A stretch of DNA of 64,000 bases from Escherichia phage vB_EcoM_PHB13, in sequence record MK573636; one strand, given 5' to 3'. This document shows positions 1-9,093 of this stretch, piece after piece. Each line of letters opens with the position of its first letter. Positions within the stretch are counted from its first letter, which is position 1. The translations under genes and the position numbers were made by a program. The notes under the pieces are model-generated. The model saw only the letters and a list, made by a program, of their open reading frames with translations, had not been told where the DNA came from and ran no database searches.

Positions 1-9
1 CATGCTTAC

Positions 10-267
10 ATGGAAACAATTGATTGGTTAATTTCTAACGGGGTGTGTTTTGATAAAATCTTTATGAGAGGCCGTACCGATTCCCGTAAAGACTATCACA
101 TCAAATTAGAGGTAATTAAATCCTTTGATAAAGATGAAGTTGTCGGAGTCTTTGAGGATAACCCAGAAGTGATTAAAGTTTTGCGTGAAAATGGTTATCG
201 TGTCTTTGACGTAGGAAATCACAAAGATAAGACGCGAGCGGATATTGCAAATCACGGTCATGATTAA
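10..267 (+). CDS. hypothetical protein; reading frame is open back to position 1, so the gene may start upstream of the window
   Basis: ATG at 10, 85 codons, followed by a hairpin terminator; no motif recognised. Confidence 0.4.
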   Translation: METIDWLISNGVCFDKIFMRGRTDSRKDYHIKLEVIKSFDKDEVVGVFEDNPEVIKVLRENGYRVFDVGNHKDKTRADIANHGHD

Positions 268-277
268 TGTTTGTTCA

Positions 278-305
278 AAGTCGCCCATAGTGGCGACTTT
301 TTTTG
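278..305 (+). terminator. rho-independent terminator
   Basis: GTCGCCC-loop-GGCGAC hairpin followed by a run of seven T. Confidence 0.6.
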
Positions 306-315
306 TTATTGGGTG

Positions 316-344
316 TTGACAATCTGATCTTGCCATAGCATAAT
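316..344 (+). promoter_or_regulatory. sigma70-like early promoter, degenerate member of the cassette family
   Basis: TTGACA, 17-bp spacer, CATAAT, then leader CATCGAAACGGAGG and ATG at 369. Confidence 0.5.
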
Positions 345-368
345 ACGCACATCGAAACGGAGGAACAT

Positions 369-587
369 ATGGAAACAGAAGAACAAGTCATTGCATATTT
401 TCATCGTAAAAAGATGAAACTTAGAATCGAAAAGCAGTACATCAATCACTACATTGACCGAGTTCACTTAACAAGTACACCTTACCTATTCCGGTTGATA
501 AACCCTAGAAAACGGTGGGAGAAGTTGGATAGAAACACAAAAATAATTGATAAGCTCACCCAATGGTGGAATGAATACAACAAGTAA
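369..587 (+). CDS. hypothetical early protein
   Basis: 72-aa ORF directly downstream of promoter cassette with GGAGG ribosome-binding site. Confidence 0.5.
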   Translation: METEEQVIAYFHRKKMKLRIEKQYINHYIDRVHLTSTPYLFRLINPRKRWEKLDRNTKIIDKLTQWWNEYNK

Positions 588-601
588 AAAGTAAAAAGTA
601 G

Positions 602-629
602 TTGACACTGAATAACGGGGTAGTAAGAT
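602..629 (+). promoter_or_regulatory. sigma70-like early promoter cassette
   Basis: TTGACA, 16-bp spacer, TAAGAT; -10 lies inside inverted repeat GGGGTAGTA/TACTCCC; conserved AGGAGAATCAAA before ATG 661. Confidence 0.55.
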
Positions 630-660
630 ACTCCCATCAAGAAAACAAAGGAGAATCAAA

Positions 661-879
661 ATGAAATTTACTTGCACCGACTCTATCAACAAACACTTTG
701 TAGTGGGCGAAGTATACGAATCTACTACCATTCGCCAGCGTGACCTGATGGGTCGCCTTTACAATCAGCCAGTATTCATTATTGGTGAAGAATTGTTCTA
801 CATTGAAAACCGTCCGTGGGTTGCTTTCAATAAACGAGGACGCAAGGTAGCAAAATTCGAACTTGTCATTAAAAAGTAG
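661..879 (+). CDS. hypothetical early protein
   Basis: 72-aa ORF after cassette promoter and ribosome-binding site. Confidence 0.5.
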   Translation: MKFTCTDSINKHFVVGEVYESTTIRQRDLMGRLYNQPVFIIGEELFYIENRPWVAFNKRGRKVAKFELVIKK

Positions 880-908
880 TTGACAGCATGAAACGGGGGT
901 AGTAATAT
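880..908 (+). promoter_or_regulatory. sigma70-like early promoter cassette
   Basis: TTGACA, 17-bp spacer, TAATAT; perfect 7-bp inverted repeat GGGGGTA/TACCCCC around the -10; leader CATCGAAACGAAATACACTTTAAGGAGAATCAA. Confidence 0.55.
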
Positions 909-947
909 ACCCCCCATCGAAACGAAATACACTTTAAGGAGAATCAA

Positions 948-1097
948 ATGAACAACTTTGACGCGGTACTGAAAATGGCAATCGAAACTTACGCGGAGAT
1001 CTCCGGCGAGAAAGTAGAGGACATTATCAAAGAATGTCAGAACTTTGAAAGCCAGACAGCCAAGAATGTTCAAATGTTGATGTTTGCGGTTGCATAA
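948..1097 (+). CDS. small hypothetical protein, 49 aa, not in ORF track
   Basis: ATG 9 nt after the cassette GGAG site; translation MNNFDAVLKMAIETYAEISGEKVEDIIKECQNFESQTAKNVQMLMFAVA ends at TAA. Confidence 0.45.
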   Translation: MNNFDAVLKMAIETYAEISGEKVEDIIKECQNFESQTAKNVQMLMFAVA

Positions 1098-1105
1098 AAA
1101 AGCAG

Positions 1106-1134
1106 TTGACAGCATATCACGGGAGTAGTAAGAT
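1106..1134 (+). promoter_or_regulatory. sigma70-like early promoter cassette
   Basis: TTGACA, 17-bp spacer, TAAGAT; inverted repeat GGGAGTA/TACTCCC; AAGGAG before ATG 1168. Confidence 0.55.
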
Positions 1135-1167
1135 ACTCCCATACCAAAACAACTAAGGAGTATCAAG

Positions 1168-1566
1168 ATGATTAAATTTCAAACTCGCAAAGACGTTCTG
1201 GACTTCGTTAAAGTTTTCGGTTACGCTGCATTGCAACATGCAATGGACAAAATGACCATCTCCCCAGATCAGACTATGCTGATCCGTATGGTTAAAGCAA
1301 CCGCCTACAAAAACGACATTACCCTCTCAGAAATCAACGACGGTAATACTGTCCGCGAGGTAATTGTTTCTTTCGAATCACCGAAAATTGGCGGTTTTCA
1401 TACCACGATGTTAGGTGAAATCACTGTCACTGTATACGGGCAAGGTGGCGGAGTGTTTACCGTCAAAGAAGCAATGGAAAATGGAACGCTGAACAAAGAA
1501 AAACTGGAATTTGTCCTGAAAATCATCAAGGAGCGTAACGAAGCTCGCGATATTCTGGAAAGTTAA
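1168..1566 (+). CDS. hypothetical early protein
   Basis: 132-aa ORF after cassette; followed by terminator. Confidence 0.5.
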   Translation: MIKFQTRKDVLDFVKVFGYAALQHAMDKMTISPDQTMLIRMVKATAYKNDITLSEINDGNTVREVIVSFESPKIGGFHTTMLGEITVTVYGQGGGVFTVKEAMENGTLNKEKLEFVLKIIKERNEARDILES

Positions 1567-1574
1567 TAAGGTGG

Positions 1575-1597
1575 GCGGGAGAAATCCCGCCTTTGTT
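1575..1597 (+). terminator. rho-independent terminator
   Basis: GCGGGAGAAATCCCGC hairpin followed by CTTTGTTG. Confidence 0.55.
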
Positions 1598-1616
1598 GTG
1601 ACGTGAGGAAAGGATA

Positions 1617-2078
1617 ATGATTAATGAGCTAATAGAAAACTATGGATTCGTTAAATATTCATGTTTAGAGTGTAAAGATGGTGATGTGATTCTACCGCCT
1701 CAGAAGAACCGTTTAAATGTTCTTTATGCTATTGTGGTTGATGATGAACTGGTATACATTGGTCAGACTGTCAATCTCAGAAAGCGGATCAATTATTACC
1801 GGACTAGCATTAACAGACAAACACCAACAGCGGATACTCGCAAGAGTAAGAATATTCATAAGGCGCTAGAGGAAGGGAAGACAGTAACATTCTATTACCG
1901 CCAGTGCTTTGAGTTATATATTGAGAATCCAACGGGTAAAGATATTATAAGCACTGCCGATATCGAAGAACCTGTTTTGATCACCAAATTTAAACCAGAA
2001 TGGAACACAAATTATGTCAACAAAAGAAAACAACAAAAAAGTTTTAGCATTGTTCAAAAATCTGATGGCACTATGTGA
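1617..2078 (+). CDS. denA: GIY-YIG nuclease resembling T4 endonuclease II
   Basis: Motif VLYAIVVDDELVYIGQTVNLRKRINYYRT matches the GIY-YIG core as I recall it in T4 DenA; sits immediately upstream of rnlA as in T4. Confidence 0.6.
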   Translation: MINELIENYGFVKYSCLECKDGDVILPPQKNRLNVLYAIVVDDELVYIGQTVNLRKRINYYRTSINRQTPTADTRKSKNIHKALEEGKTVTFYYRQCFELYIENPTGKDIISTADIEEPVLITKFKPEWNTNYVNKRKQQKSFSIVQKSDGTM

Positions 2079-3183
2079 CGGATCTGATACGTTCTATTAC
2101 AAAGATGAAATTACGGCGATGCAAACCCGTATGCGCATTTTTAGCTATCTGTACTTGAGCAAACCGGAAATGTGGAATAAACCAGATGCGTTAGAGTGTC
2201 GCGGGATCATGTTTGAAATTGACGATAAAGGTCGTCCGGTCCGCATCGCATCTCGTCCTATGGAGAAGTTTTTTAATTTGGGTGAGAATGATCGCGCTCG
2301 CTTTAAGCCGGAAGATGTGGAAATGGTCATGGACAAAATGGACGGTAGTCTAGTAAGCACATACATTGATAACGGCTATGTTCAGTTGAAGTCTAAAGCG
2401 GCCTTGTACTCAAGCCAGGCAGAGAGAGCAAACGGTCTTCTGTATTCAGAGAAGTATGCGGATCTACGAGCTAAGATCGCTGATATTGGGTCTGATTATA
2501 CTTTCAACTTTGAATATACAGCACCCAGCAACCGAATTGTTGTAGAATATTCTGAACCGTCGCTAACACTTCTGAATGTACGCCATAACGTCACAGGAGA
2601 ATACGTACCGCATCAAATGCTATTTGCTGACGCAATCCTACGTTCTCATCTGGTAAATGCGTTACAGGTTGATTCAGCGCGTTTTAGTAATATTCTTGAT
2701 GAAGTTCGGACCGCAGAAGGTATCGAAGGAATTGTTGCACGCACTAAAGACGGTCAAATGTTCAAGGTGAAGAGTGAATGGTATATTGGTGTGCATAACA
2801 TTAAAAACACATCGATGTTTCCTAATAACCTGATCTACTATGTCGTAGAAAGCGAAACCGATGATTTGCGTGCTGCATATGAAGGCGAACCGGAAGCACT
2901 GGAACGAATCGAGCTATTCGAGGAAGCATTCAGGTCTATTCTTCGCAATGCCTTCACGACAGCAACAGAATTTTATAACGCACACGCGGGAGAAGACAGA
3001 AAGACATATGCATCCAATGCGACTATCGAATCACGTAAACATGGTGACGCACAAGCATATATTTTCATGTGTCTGATGATTGCATTTGATGGTCTTGATT
3101 ATGACCGTATTCTGGCTTCAATGAAAACCTACTATCTACGGAATTATAAGAAACTGATTCCGGCTGATAAGATTGATTGGTAA
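2014..3183 (+). CDS. rnlA: RNA ligase 1
   Basis: N-terminal region (RIFSYLYLS..PDALECRGIMFEIDDKGRPVRIASRPMEKFFNL) resembles T4 gp63; KMDGSL nucleotidyltransferase lysine motif. The 5' end overlaps denA by 65 nt, so the true start may be downstream. Confidence 0.75.
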   Translation: MSTKENNKKVLALFKNLMALCDGSDTFYYKDEITAMQTRMRIFSYLYLSKPEMWNKPDALECRGIMFEIDDKGRPVRIASRPMEKFFNLGENDRARFKPEDVEMVMDKMDGSLVSTYIDNGYVQLKSKAALYSSQAERANGLLYSEKYADLRAKIADIGSDYTFNFEYTAPSNRIVVEYSEPSLTLLNVRHNVTGEYVPHQMLFADAILRSHLVNALQVDSARFSNILDEVRTAEGIEGIVARTKDGQMFKVKSEWYIGVHNIKNTSMFPNNLIYYVVESETDDLRAAYEGEPEALERIELFEEAFRSILRNAFTTATEFYNAHAGEDRKTYASNATIESRKHGDAQAYIFMCLMIAFDGLDYDRILASMKTYYLRNYKKLIPADKIDW

Positions 3184-3189
3184 TAATAA

Positions 3190-3212
3190 GCGGGGCTTGC
3201 CCCGCCTTTTGT
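3190..3212 (+). terminator. rho-independent terminator
   Basis: GCGGGGCTTGCCCCGC hairpin followed by TTTTGT. Confidence 0.6.
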
Positions 3213-3225
3213 CGTTGGGGGTAAT

Positions 3226-3549
3226 ATGTCAAAACTGATATACATTGTTATCATATCTGTGTTGCTGGGGGTAGGTGGCAATATGTGGTGGGAAAATAAA
3301 AAGGAGGTAGATCGACTGAATCAGGAATTTACAGAGTATAAGAAAAAGACAGATGAGAAGATGAAGATTGTAGACTCACTACAAAAGGAGATGTACGGAA
3401 TAAGAACTAAGTTTGCAGAAGAACAAAACAAAGCAATGAAAGACGCTACACGAGGCTATGTAGTAGCACAAAAACCCAAGTTGGTAGAGAAACAGCTTAA
3501 TGATTCATTTAAGGAGTTTACCGAAGAATTAAAGGAGGCTACTAAATGA
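3226..3549 (+). CDS. membrane-anchored coiled-coil protein
   Basis: N-terminal hydrophobic helix IYIVIISVLLGVGG followed by charged heptad-like sequence. Confidence 0.45.
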   Translation: MSKLIYIVIISVLLGVGGNMWWENKKEVDRLNQEFTEYKKKTDEKMKIVDSLQKEMYGIRTKFAEEQNKAMKDATRGYVVAQKPKLVEKQLNDSFKEFTEELKEATK

Positions 3550-3998
3550 GCATAGAAATATTGCCTACACAAGAGCAGATAAGCAATTTTAATCTGGTTG
3601 ATTATCTGTGGATAGGTGCAAGCATTATTATCCTGATGGTGTTTTCAATTTTCGTGATACACTGGATGTTTAAGAAAGCACATAAGAATTTTCAGACCGC
3701 CATAATCCATGTCTTCGCTGTGCCTATTGTATTTGCTCTTTCTTCGTGTACAATGGACCATTATTCACAGGAACCGAAATTACATCCTCCACTACCAGCA
3801 CCAATAGAAAAAGTTGACATTGACCTGAATGTGGATACAATAGACGGTAAGCCTAGAGTTTCTATGTCGTGGGAGGACTCCCAAAAATTTAGAGTCTGGT
3901 TGGCTGATATTAAGAGATATACACTTGAAAGTAAGTTGATCCTGTGTTATTATCGCAAAGAACTCAATGAGGAACGGTGTAAACCGAAGGAGAAATAA
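3546..3998 (+). CDS. hypothetical membrane protein
   Basis: Two hydrophobic segments; start overlaps upstream stop, stop overlaps pseT start (TAATG). Confidence 0.45.
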   Translation: MSIEILPTQEQISNFNLVDYLWIGASIIILMVFSIFVIHWMFKKAHKNFQTAIIHVFAVPIVFALSSCTMDHYSQEPKLHPPLPAPIEKVDIDLNVDTIDGKPRVSMSWEDSQKFRVWLADIKRYTLESKLILCYYRKELNEERCKPKEK

Positions 3999-4876
3999 TG
4001 CCGAAATGTGAAGTGATTTTAACCGTTGGTTGTTCTGGGTCCGGTAAAACTACATGGGCTATGGAAACGTGTAAACGGTTTAGTAATTATCGTAATGTGA
4101 ATCGTGATGATCTTCGTCTTATGTTGTTTGGTGTTGACTCACCTTTGAAATACAAATATACTAAGGAAAAGGAAAAGCTGGTAGAGTCTATTCAGAGAAT
4201 GATTGCTCGCGAGACTCTATCACGCGGATTAAGTATCATTATCTCTGATACTAACCTGAAAGAAAAACATCGTGTATTCTACAAAGAACTTGCAAAAGAA
4301 TTTAACGCGGTGTATACTGAACAAGTGTTCAATGAATCATTTGAGACACTAAAGAAACGTAATTTCTATCGCGGCGAGAAAGCAATTCCACTTTCTCATT
4401 TGCGCAACCAATTTTATCTGATGCAGGAATATATGGGTCAAGAAGTATACAATCCGAATACCATGCTGCCGAAGGCAGTGATCTTTGATATTGATGGAAC
4501 ATTAGCGGATAAGGGCGGTCGTCATCCGTTTGACTGGACAAAGGTCAAAGAAGATAAACCACGTCCGCAAGTGATCGAAATGCTTAAACTGTATCGTGAT
4601 AATGGCTATCGTATCATTACATGCTCAGGGCGTGAGGATGTTTGCGAAGAAGATACTCTGCAATGGTTGCGTGAACAGGGTATTGAACCGAGTGATCACT
4701 TTCAACGTGAAACTAATGATCGTCGTCCTGATCATGAAGTGAAGAAAGAGATTTTCTTCTCTGAAATTGCACCGCGTTATCATGTTGTGTTGGCAGTAGA
4801 TGATCGTGATCAAGTGGTTGACATGTACCGCTCAATTGGTGTAGAATGTTTTCAGGTTAACTACGGAGACTTTTAA
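3998..4876 (+). CDS. pseT: polynucleotide 5'-kinase / 3'-phosphatase
   Basis: P-loop GCSGSGKTT, HAD phosphatase motif VIFDIDGTLAD, C-terminus VDDRDQVVDMYRSIGVECFQV closely resembles T4 Pnk. Confidence 0.85.
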   Translation: MPKCEVILTVGCSGSGKTTWAMETCKRFSNYRNVNRDDLRLMLFGVDSPLKYKYTKEKEKLVESIQRMIARETLSRGLSIIISDTNLKEKHRVFYKELAKEFNAVYTEQVFNESFETLKKRNFYRGEKAIPLSHLRNQFYLMQEYMGQEVYNPNTMLPKAVIFDIDGTLADKGGRHPFDWTKVKEDKPRPQVIEMLKLYRDNGYRIITCSGREDVCEEDTLQWLREQGIEPSDHFQRETNDRRPDHEVKKEIFFSEIAPRYHVVLAVDDRDQVVDMYRSIGVECFQVNYGDF

Positions 4877-5079
4877 TGTTTACCGATAAAATCAAGCAAT
4901 TAGGCGAAGCACTTGCTAAACGTGGTTTTAGTGTTGATATTGAACCAGCGCCAGTTATGCCGTTTAGCGATGAACGTCGTAGTTTATATGTCATCATGAG
5001 AAATAATCATGGTGTGAATACATTCAATGTAAAACAGTATAGCGACGGATCAGTAGAATACTTTCGCGTATACGGTTAA
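4876..5079 (+). CDS. hypothetical protein
   Basis: 67-aa ORF with start overlapping pseT stop (TAATG). Confidence 0.4.
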   Translation: MFTDKIKQLGEALAKRGFSVDIEPAPVMPFSDERRSLYVIMRNNHGVNTFNVKQYSDGSVEYFRVYG

Positions 5080-5100
5080 TTAATATGTGAGTATTATATT

Positions 5101-5607
5101 ATGTTGTCACAAACTTACATGCAGATCGCCTATCTAATCGCAAAGAACTCTAAATGCGTTTCGTGGAAGGTAGGCGCACTGATCGAAAAAGACGGGCGAA
5201 TCATTTCTACTGGATTTAACGGCACTCCAGCAGGGCAAGTAAATTGTATCTGTCATGCACATAAAAGCGGTTGGCTGGATGATGACGGCAAAATGATCTC
5301 AGAAAAACGACCAGAGCATAGTGCATGGTCACAGAAAAACGAGATCCACGCTGAATTAAATGCTATTTTGTTTGCTGCCCGTAGCGGTGTATCGATTGAA
5401 GGCGCTAGTATGTGGTGTACTGCTTCACCGTGTCCAGATTGCGCTAAAGCAATTGCAAACAGTGGAATTAAACATTTATACTATTGCGACACATATGATC
5501 GAAATGGTGGGCGTGATTGGGCTGATATTCTGAATAATGCAGATATTACGATCACGCGTATTCCAAAAGCATTATTGACTGATTTGAAGGGTATTGATAA
5601 TGACTGA
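5101..5607 (+). CDS. cd: dCMP deaminase
   Basis: Zinc-binding deaminase signature HAELNAI ... CTASPCPDCAKAI; position matches T4 cd. Confidence 0.8.
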   Translation: MLSQTYMQIAYLIAKNSKCVSWKVGALIEKDGRIISTGFNGTPAGQVNCICHAHKSGWLDDDGKMISEKRPEHSAWSQKNEIHAELNAILFAARSGVSIEGASMWCTASPCPDCAKAIANSGIKHLYYCDTYDRNGGRDWADILNNADITITRIPKALLTDLKGIDND

Positions 5608-5920
5608 ACAAGTTGATAATATCGCACTTCGTGAAGCACTAAAGAAAATGTTTTCGGTCGGTACTCACTCTTTGCAGTTTACTAAGAAAGATGGTACTGT
5701 CCGTGAGATGATCGCCACGCGAGATCCGGCACTGATGCCATTTGAAACATACGAAAAATGGTTAGTTCCTAATGTTGAAAAACCGCGTAAAGAATCAGAA
5801 ACATCTTTGCCAGTATATGAAATTGCAGTTGAAGGTTTCCGTAGTTTTGGGCTTGATAGTCTGATTAATGTAGACGGGCTGACTCCAGCGCAGATCGTCG
5901 AAATTTACGGTGGCAGTTGA
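5600..5920 (+). CDS. hypothetical protein
   Basis: ORF track start at 5594 is TTG; first ATG at 5600 overlaps cd stop. Confidence 0.4.
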   Translation: MTEQVDNIALREALKKMFSVGTHSLQFTKKDGTVREMIATRDPALMPFETYEKWLVPNVEKPRKESETSLPVYEIAVEGFRSFGLDSLINVDGLTPAQIVEIYGGS

Positions 5921-5922
5921 CA

Positions 5923-6534
5923 ATGGAAACAAAAGATGATAATATCGTATTACCAGCGCCGGAAGAATGGAGACAAGCTGTAGGTTATCCGTGGTATGAA
6001 ATCTCTAATTATGGTAGATTGAGATCTATTGACCGAAGTATCGAATTTTATAGAGAAGTTTCTCCCGGTAATATTAAGCTCGTAAAACAAAAACGTGCTG
6101 GTAAAATAATAAAACCAATTTTAGACCGATATGGATATTATTATTCAACATTGTCAAAACAAAAAGACAATGGTAAAATCTCAGTTAAAGCCGAAAAGAT
6201 ACATCGACTTGTAGCAAATGCATTTCTAGGAGACGTTACCGGACTTGAGGTTAATCACATCAATGGTGTAAAAACCTGCAATTATGTGTGGAATCTAGAA
6301 ATAGTAACCTTACTAGAAAATATGAGACATTCATTTAGAACTGGACTCAATAACAATGTCGGTGAAAACCACTCACGGGCAAAACTGACAAATGCGCAAG
6401 TCGAAGAAATAATGCGGCTTAAAGGAAAAGTTAAGAAGCAAATTATAGCTGATATGTTTAATGTTTCTTATTGTTGTATAGCGCAAATACATTCCGGTCT
6501 GCGGAGAAATCCAAAGGTCGCGAAATATAAATAA
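5923..6534 (+). CDS. HNH homing endonuclease, free-standing
   Basis: N-terminal WYEISNYGRLRSIDR (NUMOD4-like) and EVNHINGVKTCNYVWNLEIVTLLENMRH (HNH_3-like); ORF track start at 5917 is TTG, ATG at 5923. Confidence 0.7.
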   Translation: METKDDNIVLPAPEEWRQAVGYPWYEISNYGRLRSIDRSIEFYREVSPGNIKLVKQKRAGKIIKPILDRYGYYYSTLSKQKDNGKISVKAEKIHRLVANAFLGDVTGLEVNHINGVKTCNYVWNLEIVTLLENMRHSFRTGLNNNVGENHSRAKLTNAQVEEIMRLKGKVKKQIIADMFNVSYCCIAQIHSGLRRNPKVAKYK

Positions 6535-6570
6535 TTTACTATTGAGATGAATTGAAGAGGTAAGAAAATT

Positions 6571-6894
6571 ATGACCGTTAAAACTCCTAAAGCACTTGGT
6601 GACTATGTGATCATTGAAGCTAAAGCGGAAAGCGCAGGGACCGAAGTAAAGAGCGATTTTGGTATTATCATCGAGCAAAAACGAACTATGGGAGAGATTC
6701 CTTTAGTCGGTAAGATTATTGATATCGGTGATAACGTTGATAAAGAATTGCTGGGCAAGACTGTATTGCTTCCTCATGGGAAACTTAATAAAGTTCCTCA
6801 TCCAGACGTTATTAACGGCGTTAAGAAGGAAGAAGAGATCGACCTGAAATGGACTGTAACGCACAAACAGAATATTGTGGTAGTTTACGGTTAA
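6571..6894 (+). CDS. 31: co-chaperonin for GroEL (GroES analogue)
   Basis: 107 aa; LGDYVIIEAKAE and NKVPHPDVI resemble T4 gp31; position between cd and gene 30 as in T4. Confidence 0.7.
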   Translation: MTVKTPKALGDYVIIEAKAESAGTEVKSDFGIIIEQKRTMGEIPLVGKIIDIGDNVDKELLGKTVLLPHGKLNKVPHPDVINGVKKEEEIDLKWTVTHKQNIVVVYG

Positions 6895-6905
6895 TGATTT
6901 TAAAC

Positions 6906-6932
6906 GGCGGGAAATAATCCCGCCTATATTTT
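6906..6932 (+). terminator. rho-independent terminator
   Basis: GGCGGGAAATAATCCCGCC hairpin followed by TATATTTT. Confidence 0.55.
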
Positions 6933-6976
6933 GGCTATATGATTTTGTAAGTTATTGATTATTAAGGAATTTTATT

Positions 6977-7141
6977 ATGAAAACTATGAATGTAAACATC
7001 CACGAAATCCATACCGAAGTATTCACCGAAGAAGACCAGTTTGGTGTATGGGTAAATCCTCATTCGATTACTATCGATATTCCTAATGACGATTATGATC
7101 CGTTCTCTCTGATTAGCGAGATTAGTTTCAATGACTTCTGA
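6977..7141 (+). CDS. small hypothetical protein, about 54 aa, not in ORF track
   Basis: AAGGAA ribosome-binding site then ATG; stop overlaps the next gene start (ATGACTTCTGA). Confidence 0.35.
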   Translation: MKTMNVNIHEIHTEVFTEEDQFGVWVNPHSITIDIPNDDYDPFSLISEISFNDF

Positions 7142-7610
7142 AATTGATATCTATGCGGGTGGACCTTATCCATCGGGTGAATTGAGTAATTTCAATAAAA
7201 GACCATTCCGTCTATTTGGTTGCGATATTAACAGCACAGAAGGATTTTTACAGGGGCTAAGATTTAAGAACCCTCAGAGACAAAGAGAAATCTTTTTGAT
7301 GCATGGTGGCAAAGCAAAAAGAACCGGAAGAACTGAAAAGATTGAGAATCACATGTTATATTTTCAGGGTCGCCCGATTCATCGAATGAGTGAGCATTAT
7401 TACAAACTGGTACATCTGGCATTTGTTACGATGGCACGGAATAACCCAGAATTTTGTAAAGCATTACTCTCGACCGGAAATAAGAAATTACGTCATAGTA
7501 TAGGTGGAACTGATCCGTTAAAGACTATATTGACTGAATCGGAATTTTGTAGTATCCTCAATGATATTCGTGAACGTTTAACAAAACGAGGTGAAAATGT
7601 CAATTCTTAA
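7131..7610 (+). CDS. NADAR (YbiA-like) domain protein
   Basis: GELSNFNKRPFRLFGCDINSTEGFLQGLRF matches the NADAR signature (SNF ... PF ... S/T-E ... Q ... KF) as I recall it. Confidence 0.5.
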   Translation: MTSEIDIYAGGPYPSGELSNFNKRPFRLFGCDINSTEGFLQGLRFKNPQRQREIFLMHGGKAKRTGRTEKIENHMLYFQGRPIHRMSEHYYKLVHLAFVTMARNNPEFCKALLSTGNKKLRHSIGGTDPLKTILTESEFCSILNDIRERLTKRGENVNS

Positions 7611-9093
7611 TATCATTAATCAGCTTGCAGCAACAGACAAAACATCGCTGAAAGAAAAGATCCTGAAAGAATCTGCAAGCAATGAAACGCTGAAAGAATG
7701 CTTTTATCTGGCATATTGCAAACAGGTTACGTTTGGCGTAAAGAAATACGATAAACCATCGCGTTATTCGTCTGTATTGTCTTTATCCGGTGCATTACAG
7801 GTCTTTAAAAATAAACTTGCCACGCGTCAAGTAACTGGTAACGCAGCATTACAGCTAGTTACCGATACTCTGACTTGCTTGTCAGAAGATGATGCTAAAG
7901 TTGCAATGATGGTCCTGAATCGTGATCTGGAATGTGGTTGTTCCGCTACCACTGCAAACAAGGTATGGAAGAAACTGATCCCCCAGCAACCGTGTCACCT
8001 TGCATCGTCATGTTCTGATAAGACTATTGCTAATATCAAGTATCCGGCGTATGCACAACTTAAAAGCGATGGCGCTCGTGGTATGGCTGATATTGACGGG
8101 GAAACATTAGCAATCTATACCCGTTCAGGTAATACCTATCAGGGACTTGATGATTTGTTTGCGGTTTTAGAGCGTCTACGAGGCCGTGGAATTGTTCTAG
8201 ATGGCGAATTGGTATATATGCCTACCCTTTCGCAAACACCAGCGCAGAACTTCGTTGAGAGCATTTATGATGGTACTCTGTCATGGATATTTGAAGAAGA
8301 GGAAATGCCATTAACGCCAGTAGCGGAAGCAGTAAAAGAATCCGTTGTTGCAGATCGTCAGACCGGAAATGGTATCCTCAACAAATCACTGAAAGGAACT
8401 ATTCCAAAAGAAGAAGCCCAATGTATTGTTTACACTGTCTGGGATGTTATCGACCGTGATGTGTATTACGGAAACGAGAAAGCAACGAAGCAATATAAAG
8501 ATCGATTCGAAGAACTAAAACAGATTGTTGAAGAACTTAACGATCCTCGTGTTCAGATAATCGAAAACACTGTAGTTAACAATATAGATGAAGCTCGCGA
8601 AGTATATCATCGCTATGTAAACATGGGCTTAGAAGGTATTATCCTTAAAAATTTACATGGTGTATTTGAAGATCGTCGCAGTAAAGATCAGGTTAAATTT
8701 AAAGAAGTGATTGACTTCGACGCGGAAATTGTTGATGTATATCCGCATAGTAAAGACCCTAATAAGGTAGGCGGTTTTACTGTCCGTAGTGCGTGCGGAC
8801 GAATGATGACTAACACCGGATCGGGATTGACTGACACCACAACCGAAAAAGGTGATGATGGTATTGAACGTGTAATTCCGTTCGATCGTCGAAATGAACT
8901 CGACCGAGAAATGTTATGGGCTGACCGTCATAACCTGATTGGAAAAGTCATTGAGATGACATGCAACGGGTATATCCGCAGCAAATCACGTAAAGAAGAT
9001 GAACCGGAGTTCTCTTTATTTCTCCCGATCATCAAACGTATTCGCTACGACAAGACCACTGCAAATACAGTAAAAGAGGTATTCGATGTGTGA
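7597..9093 (+). CDS. 30: ATP-dependent DNA ligase
   Basis: Active-site motif KYPAYAQLKSDGARG (KxDG); about 498 aa; C-terminus FSLFLPIIKRIRYDKTTANTVKEVF resembles T4 ligase; ORF track start 7591 is GTG, ATG with GAGGTG site at 7597. Confidence 0.85.
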   Translation: MSILNIINQLAATDKTSLKEKILKESASNETLKECFYLAYCKQVTFGVKKYDKPSRYSSVLSLSGALQVFKNKLATRQVTGNAALQLVTDTLTCLSEDDAKVAMMVLNRDLECGCSATTANKVWKKLIPQQPCHLASSCSDKTIANIKYPAYAQLKSDGARGMADIDGETLAIYTRSGNTYQGLDDLFAVLERLRGRGIVLDGELVYMPTLSQTPAQNFVESIYDGTLSWIFEEEEMPLTPVAEAVKESVVADRQTGNGILNKSLKGTIPKEEAQCIVYTVWDVIDRDVYYGNEKATKQYKDRFEELKQIVEELNDPRVQIIENTVVNNIDEAREVYHRYVNMGLEGIILKNLHGVFEDRRSKDQVKFKEVIDFDAEIVDVYPHSKDPNKVGGFTVRSACGRMMTNTGSGLTDTTTEKGDDGIERVIPFDRRNELDREMLWADRHNLIGKVIEMTCNGYIRSKSRKEDEPEFSLFLPIIKRIRYDKTTANTVKEVFDV

